A stretch of 64,000 bases of DNA, from positions 64,001 through 128,000 of the IMG/VR virus record IMGVR_UViG_3300021197_001787. The stretch is one strand, 5' to 3'. How positions within the stretch are numbered: the stretch's first letter is position 1; each line of letters opens with the position of its first letter. The DNA comes from a virus. The translations under genes and the position numbers were made by a program. This document shows positions 19,600 through 29,628 of the stretch, piece after piece. The notes below the pieces were generated by a model, which had not been told where the DNA came from, made no database searches, and saw only the letters and a list, made by a program, of their open reading frames with translations.

Positions 19600-20462
19600 T
19601 ACAGTCCACTAACTTTTAAGGCATCAGCCATCTTTTTTTGTTGTGCTATCATTTCTGGATTGCTAAACGTAGTAGACGTTGCTTCGATTGAATTTTTAGC
19701 TGCTTTAGCCGCGGCATCTGCTAGCGCCTTAGCTTCCGTTTTTTCTAAGGCCGCAACACCGCTTTCAATTACTTTTAGTAATTTACCTCCAATGTCTTGG
19801 CCAATTCCTGCGGTGACATCCTCTGGCGCATTTGCGATCTGAAGTATTCCCCCACCAATATCCTGTAAACCCTCAACTTGTGATGCGGCCTCTCCAATTT
19901 TTAACAACTGTTGCTTGTTAGCTATTATTTCTTGGCTGATCTCTCCCGTACCCAAATCCATTGTTGGTCTAGACATAACATCTCCCGCCATGGCGTCACC
20001 ACCGCCGAAAATGTGGTTTATAACATAAAGAACCAACATTGCTATAATGATTTTAATAGCAAATGAGCCTATCTTGTAAAGTGTTGGATTTTTTTCTTCA
20101 AAGCGTTGCATAAAGCTTCGTATCTTGTCGACAACTCCAAGAATCTTGCCGGCATACTTGGCCGCCTTTTCTTTCATTCTGTCTATTAACATGAATGCTT
20201 GAGTCGAGAGATACAAAACAGGATTGCTGGCCATATCAGCCAGTGCGCCCTCATCTATTTGTTCGATATGATAGTCAACAGAGCGTTCCCAGTTCTCAAG
20301 GAATGTTTCTATGGCGGACTCACTCTCGTTCAAAAGACTGAGAGCATCATAAAAAGATGTTTTAGTAACTGTATCATTTTCAAACAAATACAAATCACCG
20401 TAGTGAGATGAGTTCTTGCTTTCGTTTAAATACTGTCGCCAATTTTCAAGTAGGAGTTTCAT
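19599..20462 (-). CDS. Hypothetical protein with MKLLLENW leader and internal TM segment
   Basis: Leader; IGSFAIKIIIAMLVLYVI. Confidence 0.6.
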   Translation of the reverse strand: MKLLLENWRQYLNESKNSSHYGDLYLFENDTVTKTSFYDALSLLNESESAIETFLENWERSVDYHIEQIDEGALADMASNPVLYLSTQAFMLIDRMKEKAAKYAGKILGVVDKIRSFMQRFEEKNPTLYKIGSFAIKIIIAMLVLYVINHIFGGGDAMAGDVMSRPTMDLGTGEISQEIIANKQQLLKIGEAASQVEGLQDIGGGILQIANAPEDVTAGIGQDIGGKLLKVIESGVAALEKTEAKALADAAAKAAKNSIEATSTTFSNPEMIAQQKKMADALKVSGL

Positions 20463-20581
20463 GCACAATTATCTCCACATTCTGCAGAATTCCAGCATCC
20501 ACAACAACAGCAACATCTGCCAATTGTAAGGTCTGCTAATTTTTTTAAGTATAAACTTAATTTTTGAAACAACATATTCAT
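20459..20581 (-). CDS. 40-aa Cys-rich micropeptide MNMLFQKLSLYLKKLADLTIGRCCCCCGCWNSAECGDNCA
   Basis: GGAGGAG RBS, ATG 2 nt after upstream stop, TGA overlaps next ATG. Confidence 0.65.
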   Translation of the reverse strand: MNMLFQKLSLYLKKLADLTIGRCCCCCGCWNSAECGDNCA

Positions 20582-20583
20582 TT

Positions 20584-21198
20584 TTATTCTCCTCCGTAAA
20601 TTTCGTATAATTCTTCTTCTTTATTTTCATCTAAAATAGTAGCTACTAAATGCACTCTTGGTTTGTCGCCCCCATTTAAAGCTGTATGATAATCAGTAGT
20701 TTTCATGTAGTATACTGAACCATCTGCTAACATATGCTGTACTTCATTATTAACAATCATCAAAGACCCAGGATTTGTAATTATTGGTATATGAAGACGA
20801 TTCTCCGGATCCCTATGATAACTCAAACAAGCTCTGCTGTCTAGTTTTAAAACTCTGACCCGGCCTAATCTATAATGTTTAGAAAGTGTATCATATACGT
20901 TTTTAAAATAAGTATTCATCAGAATAGGTACGAAAATTTTATAGGCCTCTTCATTGACTTGTTTTTCAATTTGAATTTCCTCATAGTCATCATTTTTTGA
21001 CCAAAAAACCCCCCTCTGTTCAGCAGAACCAGCTTCAGTGCTTATAATACTAATACAATTTACTAGATCTCCACTAAATCCAATATTGGTGACAGCATAT
21101 TCATAAGCCCCTCTTAAGGCCGCGGCATCAAAATGGATATTTAATTTTCTAAAATTATCAATCATTTTAATTATCATACACCTTATCTGCTTTATCAC
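20584..21198 (-). CDS. Aspartyl/asparaginyl beta-hydroxylase-like 2OG-Fe(II) oxygenase
   Basis: GRVRVL, YHRD, LHIPI, HTALN, RVHLV. Confidence 0.8.
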   Translation of the reverse strand: MIKQIRCMIIKMIDNFRKLNIHFDAAALRGAYEYAVTNIGFSGDLVNCISIISTEAGSAEQRGVFWSKNDDYEEIQIEKQVNEEAYKIFVPILMNTYFKNVYDTLSKHYRLGRVRVLKLDSRACLSYHRDPENRLHIPIITNPGSLMIVNNEVQHMLADGSVYYMKTTDYHTALNGGDKPRVHLVATILDENKEEELYEIYGGE

Positions 21199-21430
21199 TT
21201 GCGATAGTTGTTGCTTTTAACATATCTTCTGGATCAACTTCTTTAAGTATTAAATTTCCTGTTTTTGGTTCAAAATACATGCCAATTAGATCACCTTTGG
21301 AAACATTTTTCATCTCTTCTTCAGTGATTATTATTTGTCCACCATTCTTTTTTACCATCATAGTTAAAACGCTAAAAAGAAAATCTGGGTCTTGCATATA
21401 TTTGCTCATGAATTTAAGAATCCTTTCCAT
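21167..21430 (-). CDS. Hypothetical protein
   Basis: ORF track. Confidence 0.55.
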   Translation of the reverse strand: MERILKFMSKYMQDPDFLFSVLTMMVKKNGGQIIITEEEMKNVSKGDLIGMYFEPKTGNLILKEVDPEDMLKATTIASDKADKVYDN

Positions 21431-23877
21431 GTTTTAACTATACTTTCATTTGTCTGCATAAACGATGGTTGGCGAGCATTGATAAACTGAGCCAACACTC
21501 TGTTAAATACCACGTTAAGGTTGTCTTCGTCGTCCATCTCACCCTCTACAAGCTCTTGGAACAATCCAGTCATAATATCGGGCTCATCGGCATTAATCGA
21601 GAATATAGCGGTATATCTAGCCTCTCCAGCGTGTTCCACTGTTGTGGCGTTCATTTGTAAGTAATACTGAGTGTTCTGTTCTTTTCTTGGCGCATCTAAA
21701 AGTTGCTTTCTCAACTCAATTTTAAAGTCGCGAGAATCAAGAATTTGCATAAGCACTTCCATGCCTAATCCTAAATCTTCTGGATCGTAATAGTGAGAGT
21801 ATCTTGCGGTAGACTCATACGAATCGGAGTAATCTCCGTCAGTTTCTAGATCCCATTCATATGAAGTGAGATTGCCGTCGTCAATCGCCATGGCTAAATT
21901 GATGTAATCGCCACCTTCCATTTGTCCTTCGCGCTTGAAGTAACCAGTGAGGATTTCTTCTAAAGCATCTCTTCTATCATCAATTATAGCATCAACTTTT
22001 TGAAGCGCTTCTTGATATTCTTCGGGGAGGGCCATATATGAACCACCATAAATGTCGGGATGCTCAAAATTAACTTGTATGGATAACGTTATTTCATCTC
22101 TGACACGACGGATTGTGGGAGTATCAACATCAGACGGAAAAAATATATCACCAAATATATTATTTAACTCGTCAACTGAGTTCCATACAACTTCTTCCGC
22201 ATTGCTTGGGAGTCTTTTCCAATCACTTACATCCCATTTGGCAACAAAAGCTGCAAAAGGTTTAATAAACGCCCCATCGCCGCCGTCATCACCAACTTCG
22301 TAGTCGGTATATGTTTGAGCCATTCTGTCGTTGTAATCATTCATTATTTGTTCGCATTGCCCATTGTATTGTGCAATCACGTCACCAATTAAATCAGCGT
22401 CCAAAGTTTCCTCGGTGTCTGTGTTCTGGCGCATCGCACCAGCAAATTCAATATTTTTGTCACCCAACAATTGCTTCATTAATACAGCACGACCTGATGC
22501 CTTCGCAGTATCTTCGTAAGAACCACCAAAAATCATAAATTTGCTTAAATCAATCTTATCACCCTCTTTGGGCATGTTTTGTATGACTTCTTCTTGGTTT
22601 GATCTTGCCCAGTCAGTAACTTGATTGGCTAAACCGGGGATATCCGCACCATACACTCGTTTTTCAGGCATTCCAACGTCTTGGCCATCATCATAACGCT
22701 TTGGAGGCTCATCTCCTTCATAATATCTAACATGACGGATGCGTGTGCGAGAAATTGGCTCAATATCGCCGGTAAATGGACGTTTATCGTCAGCAAATAT
22801 CTCACCTTCTTGGATTTCTTGCTCTGCACTATCAATATTACCCGTGTTAGTGGCGCTCAGAAGGTCTTCTGTCTCAACCACGTATGCTACGGCTCCGTGG
22901 CCTTGAGCCTCGGCTACAGCGCATTTATAGTAGGATTGATAGGCATTTGAGCGACTAGCTGGAGAGTGGCAAGAGGTAATCTCGTCAAAATCACTCATTC
23001 TGAGCACATCTATCGGGTGTCGAGTGATAATAATGGAAAATTTGTCATTATCGATGTTATTTATCTCTTTTTTGATGTATCCGGCGTTCTTTTTCCAATA
23101 TTCGCCGTATTCAGTGGCTAGATCAGTTAAATTATAGCCCGCGGGGCCTGCAACGCCCGGATTTACGATATATAAGTAAATTTGGTCACTAATTCTTTCA
23201 AAATTTTCTAATTCTTTCTCATCAAGTGCAGCTTTACGCATTTGCTTTGTAACATAGTGTGAACTAGTAACTGGTTTACCATTTGGGCCTTTATAATCAA
23301 TACCATCCAAGTGATCATAGACTTTTTGGTATAATGCGTCTTTTCTTCGGCTTAAATCAGCCAATTTAGAGAAAAGCTTGCCAATTTTCATCTGAATCTT
23401 CTTGGTTTTCTTCTTGACGGGCTGATCACCCAAAGTATTGAAGATATCGCTGGCTGTACGTAAATCTCGCTCGGCAAACACCATACCTTTCTCCCAATCT
23501 ACATCATATTCTTGAGATCTGAAGAATTCTGCGAACTTTCCAAGCTCTGTAGACGGGTCAGTGGTCGGAAATGGTATAACAACACGCATTTTGCCACTAA
23601 AAAGGTCGTTTAGGGGCAAATTAGCTGGATCTAGGTCGTCTAATACGTCCTCAAGTACTCGCATCTCGTCTTCGGTGACTTCCCGAAGCACTTTTTCGCC
23701 TGAAGAATACAGATCTTCGTTTCTACGTCTCTTCCTTTTGGTTTTTTTGACACAATTAGGCACCATGCGGTTACCTTTTTTCTTTAGGCCGGCTTTCCTA
23801 TAACCTTTCCAGCACTTTTCTTGTAAAGTGTCCAGCAAATTTGCTGTTTTTAACAGGATTAGTTCATCATTGGTCAT
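21406..23877 (-). CDS. Large acidic protein, probable virion-internal
   Basis: LQE-KCWKGY..VPNCV module; acidic body; C-term NESIVKTWKGFLN. Confidence 0.6.
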   Translation of the reverse strand: MTNDELILLKTANLLDTLQEKCWKGYRKAGLKKKGNRMVPNCVKKTKRKRRRNEDLYSSGEKVLREVTEDEMRVLEDVLDDLDPANLPLNDLFSGKMRVVIPFPTTDPSTELGKFAEFFRSQEYDVDWEKGMVFAERDLRTASDIFNTLGDQPVKKKTKKIQMKIGKLFSKLADLSRRKDALYQKVYDHLDGIDYKGPNGKPVTSSHYVTKQMRKAALDEKELENFERISDQIYLYIVNPGVAGPAGYNLTDLATEYGEYWKKNAGYIKKEINNIDNDKFSIIITRHPIDVLRMSDFDEITSCHSPASRSNAYQSYYKCAVAEAQGHGAVAYVVETEDLLSATNTGNIDSAEQEIQEGEIFADDKRPFTGDIEPISRTRIRHVRYYEGDEPPKRYDDGQDVGMPEKRVYGADIPGLANQVTDWARSNQEEVIQNMPKEGDKIDLSKFMIFGGSYEDTAKASGRAVLMKQLLGDKNIEFAGAMRQNTDTEETLDADLIGDVIAQYNGQCEQIMNDYNDRMAQTYTDYEVGDDGGDGAFIKPFAAFVAKWDVSDWKRLPSNAEEVVWNSVDELNNIFGDIFFPSDVDTPTIRRVRDEITLSIQVNFEHPDIYGGSYMALPEEYQEALQKVDAIIDDRRDALEEILTGYFKREGQMEGGDYINLAMAIDDGNLTSYEWDLETDGDYSDSYESTARYSHYYDPEDLGLGMEVLMQILDSRDFKIELRKQLLDAPRKEQNTQYYLQMNATTVEHAGEARYTAIFSINADEPDIMTGLFQELVEGEMDDEDNLNVVFNRVLAQFINARQPSFMQTNESIVKTWKGFLNS

Positions 23878-23880
23878 TTT

Positions 23881-24348
23881 TTATTCTTCTTTTTCAGTGT
23901 TTGAGCGCTCTTGCCAATCTGCCGAGACTGAATCAGTTTCAATTGGGCCACCTTTAGCCCATGTTCTGCAAGATCTTGCGCTGTGGCATTTAAAATGGTG
24001 CATCCAACAGTACCCCAACACTCCATCTTCATCAGAAGTCTCACCAGGCATACATTCTTTCATTCTAGGAGATACATCGAAAGCAACACAATTCCCACAA
24101 ACTGACTTTGTTGCAGCTTCGGGGGTCGTATTCCAATATTCTGCTATTTTTACCCAGTAATCAGCGGGTTCATCAACATTTAAAGGGCCATATTGTATGT
24201 GTTCAGCTTTGATAGCAGAATCTCGGTTTTTTGTATTTAGCTCCAAGTCTTGAGTAGCCTCCGGACAAACCAAATCCGTAATTTTTGATATAGTAAGTTT
24301 TACTTCTTCCGATAAGTATCGGCGCCAATTTTCAATTAATAGTTTCAT
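23881..24348 (-). CDS. Cys-rich HiPIP-like domain protein with MKLLIENW leader
   Basis: CGNCVAF..GYCW..C..SCRTW. Confidence 0.5.
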   Translation of the reverse strand: MKLLIENWRRYLSEEVKLTISKITDLVCPEATQDLELNTKNRDSAIKAEHIQYGPLNVDEPADYWVKIAEYWNTTPEAATKSVCGNCVAFDVSPRMKECMPGETSDEDGVLGYCWMHHFKCHSARSCRTWAKGGPIETDSVSADWQERSNTEKEE

Positions 24349-25723
24349 CTTGTTCCTTCATTGATTTAGAACCACGGCATTTCCACTTTTTACGTGATAA
24401 TGCATTCGCACATGGCGGATTCTTACACTTTTTAATTTTTGCTGACCGAGCACAGTATGCATCACCTTTCTTTGTGCCGGGCCTGATACGATCACCACCA
24501 CCTTTTGCTTGTCCTTTTTGGCCAAATGAGCGACATTTACCATTTACACGCTTAGCAAAGCGTTTTCCTTTGGAGGGCTTACAAGCTTTCTTCTTTTTTT
24601 TCTCTTCTAAGCTGTCCATTAAGATAATATCACCATCTTCGTGGACTTTTATATTGTTCGAAGAGTCTATAATCTTGTTTATTTCTTCTTTTGACGCCTT
24701 TGTATGTGTCTTCAGTGCGTCCATACCAGCAGCACCACCTTCATCGCGTAAAGCTTTTATAACTTTTGCTTTTAAATTAGATTTTTTTCCCTCATTTAAA
24801 CTTCCAACCAATGCCTTACCAAGTTCTTCAACCTCATTTGATTTTATTTTGGTTATATCAGTCACAGGTTTATTTAATTGGCGTGCAATTTCTGCTGCGT
24901 GTTTTTTTGCAATATCAGGTGTTAACCAACCAGGAACGTTCTGAAATGAACCCTGAACGCCAGATTCACTTTGGCCTAGGACATCTACGTAGTTTAAATA
25001 TCCGTGTGGCATACCGTCTGCTGGTTCAATCCAATAGTTTGCAATATCCCGGCCGGCCTGTGGTCCGCTACTTTGATTACTCTTTGAGTCACCACTCAAA
25101 GTAGATTTAATTTTATCTAAAAAGCCTTCATGCAAAACTTGAGTCAATTCATCCTCAATCATAATTTCAAGAGATTCTTTCTTAGAATTACCCCAGTTTT
25201 TAGCGCCAACCTTACGACATTTAACAAGAGCACCAGAAGCATAAGCAGATGGCCACACTTTATAGCGTGATTTTACCTTGCGATAGCAAGCATCTTTTTT
25301 ACCAGATGACTTTTTCTTCTTCTTCTTTTTCTTCTTGCGCTTTTCGTCAAGCACTGCTTCAAGTTCTTCTTTGATAATTTGCTCTAAATCCATGTATAAT
25401 TCCTCATTTTTCTTAGATTTCTTTTTAGCTTTTTTACCCCATGATTTGCCCTTACCACGCTCTTTGCAAGCGCCCGGGGTTGGTCTACAAGCAGGGTATT
25501 TCTTACGTTTCTCTCCTGAACCACGTCCACAAGATTTATAACCACCCTTTCCATCAGGTGAATTGCAATCAACCCACCCTTTTTTCTTGCCTTTGGCGCC
25601 TTTTCTACCAAACCAATCTCTTAAAGACGATTCCTTGCTAGATTCAGATCCGGCCTTTTTGCGTTTTTTCTTTTTCTCGTCTAACGGGCCGTATAGATCG
25701 TCCATAGTAGTTTTAATCCTCAA
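24332..25723 (-). CDS. Lys-rich modular protein (basic Cys-containing modules typical of large phages)
   Basis: SLRDWF..KYPACRP, DACYRKVKSRYKVWPSAYASG, RPGTKKGDAYCARS; poly-Lys. Confidence 0.6.
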   Translation of the reverse strand: MRIKTTMDDLYGPLDEKKKKRKKAGSESSKESSLRDWFGRKGAKGKKKGWVDCNSPDGKGGYKSCGRGSGEKRKKYPACRPTPGACKERGKGKSWGKKAKKKSKKNEELYMDLEQIIKEELEAVLDEKRKKKKKKKKKSSGKKDACYRKVKSRYKVWPSAYASGALVKCRKVGAKNWGNSKKESLEIMIEDELTQVLHEGFLDKIKSTLSGDSKSNQSSGPQAGRDIANYWIEPADGMPHGYLNYVDVLGQSESGVQGSFQNVPGWLTPDIAKKHAAEIARQLNKPVTDITKIKSNEVEELGKALVGSLNEGKKSNLKAKVIKALRDEGGAAGMDALKTHTKASKEEINKIIDSSNNIKVHEDGDIILMDSLEEKKKKKACKPSKGKRFAKRVNGKCRSFGQKGQAKGGGDRIRPGTKKGDAYCARSAKIKKCKNPPCANALSRKKWKCRGSKSMKEQDETIN

Positions 25724-25758
25724 GGTACTGACTTAAATAGTATGTTTAAGCTTAAGAT

Positions 25759-27456
25759 TTAATCACTATCTCTTACTTTTTCTGTTCCAGTAGCTATATC
25801 TTCTGCATCTGCCTTAGCTTCACCAGCCAGGGAGTCGTCTTCAAGGCCACCGGCCACATAAGCATTTAAGTTTGAGGATAAGTCTTTAAGATCTCTAAAA
25901 ATACTAAAAATCTGGTCATTAACAGCCCCAACAGACGCATCTAACATGTCTTGTAACCCTTGTGCACCAATATTAATAACACCAACTTCAAATTGATCTC
26001 CATAGGGAAAAAGATTATTTTGGTCTGCTATACTGGGTAATTTAGTTAACTGACCTTTCGACAACTCAAACTGTTTATTATTCAGATAACCCTGTGAAGT
26101 CTGCAGTGCTATATTGTAGAGCTGAGGATCTTGTTTCAGATTTTCAAGTACTTTCAATGATTTTTTGACGGGCATAAATTTAAGTTCTTTAAACTTTTCT
26201 GCTCTCGCGGACCCTCTTGCACCAGCTTTTTTACGAGCAGTTGTTGCTTTTTGATAAGCCACATCAATTATCTGATTGATTACAGCAATCTCTGCATCTT
26301 CTAGTCCCATTTGACCCAGCATTTGGTTTTTCAATTTTACAGGAAAGTTTACATAACCAAATCGTTTATTATTGCTTACAAAAGTATAGTCTTTCATATC
26401 TACAATGTTAGCTAATTCAGCTGCAAGATTCATCTTGGCTGGTTCAATTCCTTTCGCTGCAGCTAGTTCGTTTGCTATATTTATAAATGCGTCAACAACT
26501 GGTTTTAAATCTACAAAAGTAGCGGCCGGTAGTGTAAGAAAATCTTCCAAGCCGCCTGGCCCAGTATTTTGGAGACCAGCGCGCAGGTCCTCAATTGATT
26601 CCGAAAACTTTGTCGGTATTTTAATAAGGTCTAATTCTTTTGGCTTCAGGCCGAGAATTTGTATAAAGTTGTCTCTAGTAAAATTGAAGGCATAGAAATT
26701 TAGTTTACCTGTTTGTTCAAGGCCACTACCATTCAAATCTTTTGTTACAACAACATATTCCATAAAGCCTGCATCAATCTCACCTTTGCCTGTTAAATCA
26801 TCAACCAACTGTTTATAAGAACCGCCGACTTTCAATGAACCTTCTTTATAGAGTTTAAGAGAAATCGGTCGACCTCCTTGGCTGATCACGATATCGGCAA
26901 TAGTGCCGGCACCGCCAGCCGGAATTTGTTTTCCAGTTTCAGCATCGAGAAGTACAGCCAAAAAGGATTCAAAAGCGAAGCCTGCAGATGAAGCATTAAA
27001 GTTGGTGATAATATTAGTCAAAGTTTTATAAAATACAAGGTTAGAAATAACATTCTTAATCTGCTGTCCCGGAGTATCTCCTTGCGCCTCGGGCACCGGA
27101 TTTTCGTAATAAGCGTTCAACGCTTCAATTTTAGAACTTAATTCTCCGCCGGGCGCAATGTTGTTAAGGAATTGTGCTAAGTCCTGGCCAGCCGCAGTTC
27201 TGACTTCCTTCCCTTCACCGTCAGGAGTAGCTAAAGAACCCCACCCAATCTCAGTGATTGGAAGAGTAGGAATAAGGTCAATGGTAAGTTTTTGAGACTT
27301 TCTACCTTTTTGTTTTTCTTGTATAACATCTGGCACCAGATATTGTGATATGGGAAGCTCCATGACCTCTGCTACCATTTCTAACAAACTTTCCATATTT
27401 ATAGTTGTTTGCTTTTTGCTGTATTCTTCGTTGAGAATTGATTTTAAGTCTGACAT
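25759..27456 (-). CDS. Hypothetical protein, possible PD-(D/E)XK-type nuclease
   Basis: GFAFESFLA..IADIV..ISLKL. Confidence 0.45.
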   Translation of the reverse strand: MSDLKSILNEEYSKKQTTINMESLLEMVAEVMELPISQYLVPDVIQEKQKGRKSQKLTIDLIPTLPITEIGWGSLATPDGEGKEVRTAAGQDLAQFLNNIAPGGELSSKIEALNAYYENPVPEAQGDTPGQQIKNVISNLVFYKTLTNIITNFNASSAGFAFESFLAVLLDAETGKQIPAGGAGTIADIVISQGGRPISLKLYKEGSLKVGGSYKQLVDDLTGKGEIDAGFMEYVVVTKDLNGSGLEQTGKLNFYAFNFTRDNFIQILGLKPKELDLIKIPTKFSESIEDLRAGLQNTGPGGLEDFLTLPAATFVDLKPVVDAFINIANELAAAKGIEPAKMNLAAELANIVDMKDYTFVSNNKRFGYVNFPVKLKNQMLGQMGLEDAEIAVINQIIDVAYQKATTARKKAGARGSARAEKFKELKFMPVKKSLKVLENLKQDPQLYNIALQTSQGYLNNKQFELSKGQLTKLPSIADQNNLFPYGDQFEVGVINIGAQGLQDMLDASVGAVNDQIFSIFRDLKDLSSNLNAYVAGGLEDDSLAGEAKADAEDIATGTEKVRDSD

Positions 27457-27493
27457 TATATAATCCTATTATGTGTGTATAAGTAGTTTTATT

Positions 27494-28222
27494 TTAACAG
27501 AATTTCATCTTGTTGTATTTACAAATTAATTTAATTGGCTTTTCAATATCTAGTTTTTGTACTGGCACCACCCAAATCATATCTTCTACAATTGCAATGT
27601 TGGGATAATATTCAACATCAACGCCCCATAGGACGCCTACTACTTCTCCAGATTTGTTATAAATTACTGAACCTGAACACCCAAACCAACCATAGGTGTG
27701 CAAAATTATTTGCTTGCCAGAATCTGGTTTATCCTCATAACCAGCGACACGACCACGAATTGTCATAAGTTTATGAGAGGACGGAAAGCCAGAATATGTT
27801 ATACGATCAGATATGTCAGCTATATTTTTCATTGGCTTATATTTCATTGGCTCAAAAAATCTAAATTTGTCTGCAACATATAATACTGCTATATCATCCT
27901 TTGCACTTGAATAAACTAAAGTTGTCTGTTTGTATTCTTCGCCTTTCGCAACAGTATAATTGGTGCCCAAAGGTCCGTCAGCTACATGTTGCGCTGTGAG
28001 GACAAAATAAAATCCTTTGTGTACTAAATAAGAACCGGATCCGTGCCCGCCATTAGCTAAGACTTTTACGGCCGCGGCCCTAACTTTTAATTCCACTTTT
28101 GAAAAAGAAGTGTTGACAGATTCAACAATAACAGCAGAAGACTCATTGGTGTTGTTTGTTTGAGGTATCTCTACCGGTGTAGCCCCCATTAACATAGCTA
28201 CAAACAATAATAAATTTTTCAT
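27494..28222 (-). CDS. Trypsin-like serine protease with signal peptide
   Basis: GHGSG, LTAQH, DIAVL, GCSGS. Confidence 0.85.
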   Translation of the reverse strand: MKNLLLFVAMLMGATPVEIPQTNNTNESSAVIVESVNTSFSKVELKVRAAAVKVLANGGHGSGSYLVHKGFYFVLTAQHVADGPLGTNYTVAKGEEYKQTTLVYSSAKDDIAVLYVADKFRFFEPMKYKPMKNIADISDRITYSGFPSSHKLMTIRGRVAGYEDKPDSGKQIILHTYGWFGCSGSVIYNKSGEVVGVLWGVDVEYYPNIAIVEDMIWVVPVQKLDIEKPIKLICKYNKMKFC

Positions 28223-28269
28223 TTTTTGCCCCTTATAATTTAATTGCTTACTCCATTAACTAGATTACC

Positions 28270-28509
28270 TTATGCTTTAGAAACTATTTCTAACGAAGTA
28301 AAGCCATAATCAAAAATAAGATTTTCATTTAAGATTAAAACACGAACATACGGAAACATTGTTTCTTGTTGCGTTATCGCCTTATGTAAGACAATGCCTA
28401 ATTTGTTTTTGTTAACTTTAACAAGATCGCCTACACTATAGGAACTCATCCACCCATTTTCTGTAATATGGAAACCATCTTCGCTATGGTATTCTTTCAT
28501 TCTGCTCAA
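28270..28509 (-). CDS. Small SH3-like family protein
   Basis: YSVGDLVKV..LGIVL. Confidence 0.6.
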   Translation of the reverse strand: MSRMKEYHSEDGFHITENGWMSSYSVGDLVKVNKNKLGIVLHKAITQQETMFPYVRVLILNENLIFDYGFTSLEIVSKA

Positions 28510-28807
28510 CTGAGTGCCACTCCACTGTTCCTATGGCGATAGAGAATTTCAGTCCCTCTTCTTCCATGATTGTGTTAACTTTTTCCGAATCAGGCTTATT
28601 GTTCTTAAAAAGCTTTACTTCCCAAAGATATACATCATCCTTGATCATATCAATATGATGTATACGATTCACCAAAGTGCCTTTTATATTTGCCATATGA
28701 TCAAAAATAATATCGCCGACATTCAATGTAACCTTTTCTGCCTCAGCACGCAACAATTCCAAGTCATTCTGGTTTTTCAACATTACATGGCTCCATTCTT
28801 CCAGCAT
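28484..28807 (-). CDS. Small SH3-like family protein
   Basis: LNVGDIIFD..GTLV..WEV. Confidence 0.55.
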   Translation of the reverse strand: MLEEWSHVMLKNQNDLELLRAEAEKVTLNVGDIIFDHMANIKGTLVNRIHHIDMIKDDVYLWEVKLFKNNKPDSEKVNTIMEEEGLKFSIAIGTVEWHSVEQNERIP

Positions 28808-29036
28808 TAATCATACCAAGTAAACCAATTTCAGTATACACTTGATTTCTATTGGTGTTATCGGTACAGGGTCCAGTCCATAAAATGTCCCAAGCCCAAA
28901 CCGGTTCGGAATCTTCCCAATCGGACATAACGTTGTGCCGTGTGACCAAAACACCTATATCTTTACTCATGACGTCCTTGAAAACCATTCCTGCGTGTAG
29001 ATCATCTGGATAATATCTATTTGCGTAATACATCAT
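28764..29036 (-). CDS. Small SH3-like family protein
   Basis: HAGMVFKD..IGVLV..WDILW. Confidence 0.5.
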   Translation of the reverse strand: MMYYANRYYPDDLHAGMVFKDVMSKDIGVLVTRHNVMSDWEDSEPVWAWDILWTGPCTDNTNRNQVYTEIGLLGMINAGRMEPCNVEKPE

Positions 29037-29337
29037 AATAATTAGCTTCGGATATGCTTATCAGGAGCCAATTATTAGTTGGTTGCACACAGTCATAAGT
29101 AAAATATTTGATTTTTTTGCTAGCAATATTAGAAGAAGTACCAAAATTGCACTCGTTTTTAGGATACAAATCCGGCGGTGGAGTGTCAACAACCGGACTT
29201 TTGTTTAAAGGCATAGCATGCGGCACCGGCGCCACGTAAACCGGGAAATGGTTGGCGCTAAAGATAGTGCCGGCCAAAGACACCACAACAAGAATTATTT
29301 GTGATAACGAATTCATTTCTCTAAAAAAATTTTTCAT
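29017..29337 (-). CDS. Hypothetical protein with N-terminal TM/signal
   Basis: IILVVVSLAGTIF. Confidence 0.5.
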   Translation of the reverse strand: MKNFFREMNSLSQIILVVVSLAGTIFSANHFPVYVAPVPHAMPLNKSPVVDTPPPDLYPKNECNFGTSSNIASKKIKYFTYDCVQPTNNWLLISISEANYYDVLRK

Positions 29338-29355
29338 CCTTGTTTAGTGAGATAA

Positions 29356-29628
29356 TCAGACTTTTATGCGATCAATGATGTAAGGATGTTGTAAGGACAA
29401 GTCTTTATACAGCCTTTTGAGAACTTTCTTTGATACATCCCCAATTTGTTCTTTTGTAGCGGAAGAATCAAGCTCTTTTCTAACCTCTTTTTCAATCATC
29501 GCCTTGAGATCAGCATTTTTAATGGCGGCCTCGGCCTCTTTAGCAGCAATTTTTTTGATTTGCGCTTTATCAGCATTATCAAGCTCTTCGATAATGAGTT
29601 GTTTTAATTTTGTTGTTGTAAGTTTCAT
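29356..29628 (-). CDS. Hypothetical protein with leader-like N-terminus
   Basis: MKLTTTKLKQLIIEE. Confidence 0.6.
   Translation of the reverse strand: MKLTTTKLKQLIIEELDNADKAQIKKIAAKEAEAAIKNADLKAMIEKEVRKELDSSATKEQIGDVSKKVLKRLYKDLSLQHPYIIDRIKV

Larger units (their letters stand above)
19186..24348 (-). repeat. Four dispersed copies of a 26-bp leader-encoding repeat
   Basis: Identical cgccaattttcaagtaggagtttcat at 19186, 19574, 20437; variant at 24323. Confidence 0.9.
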
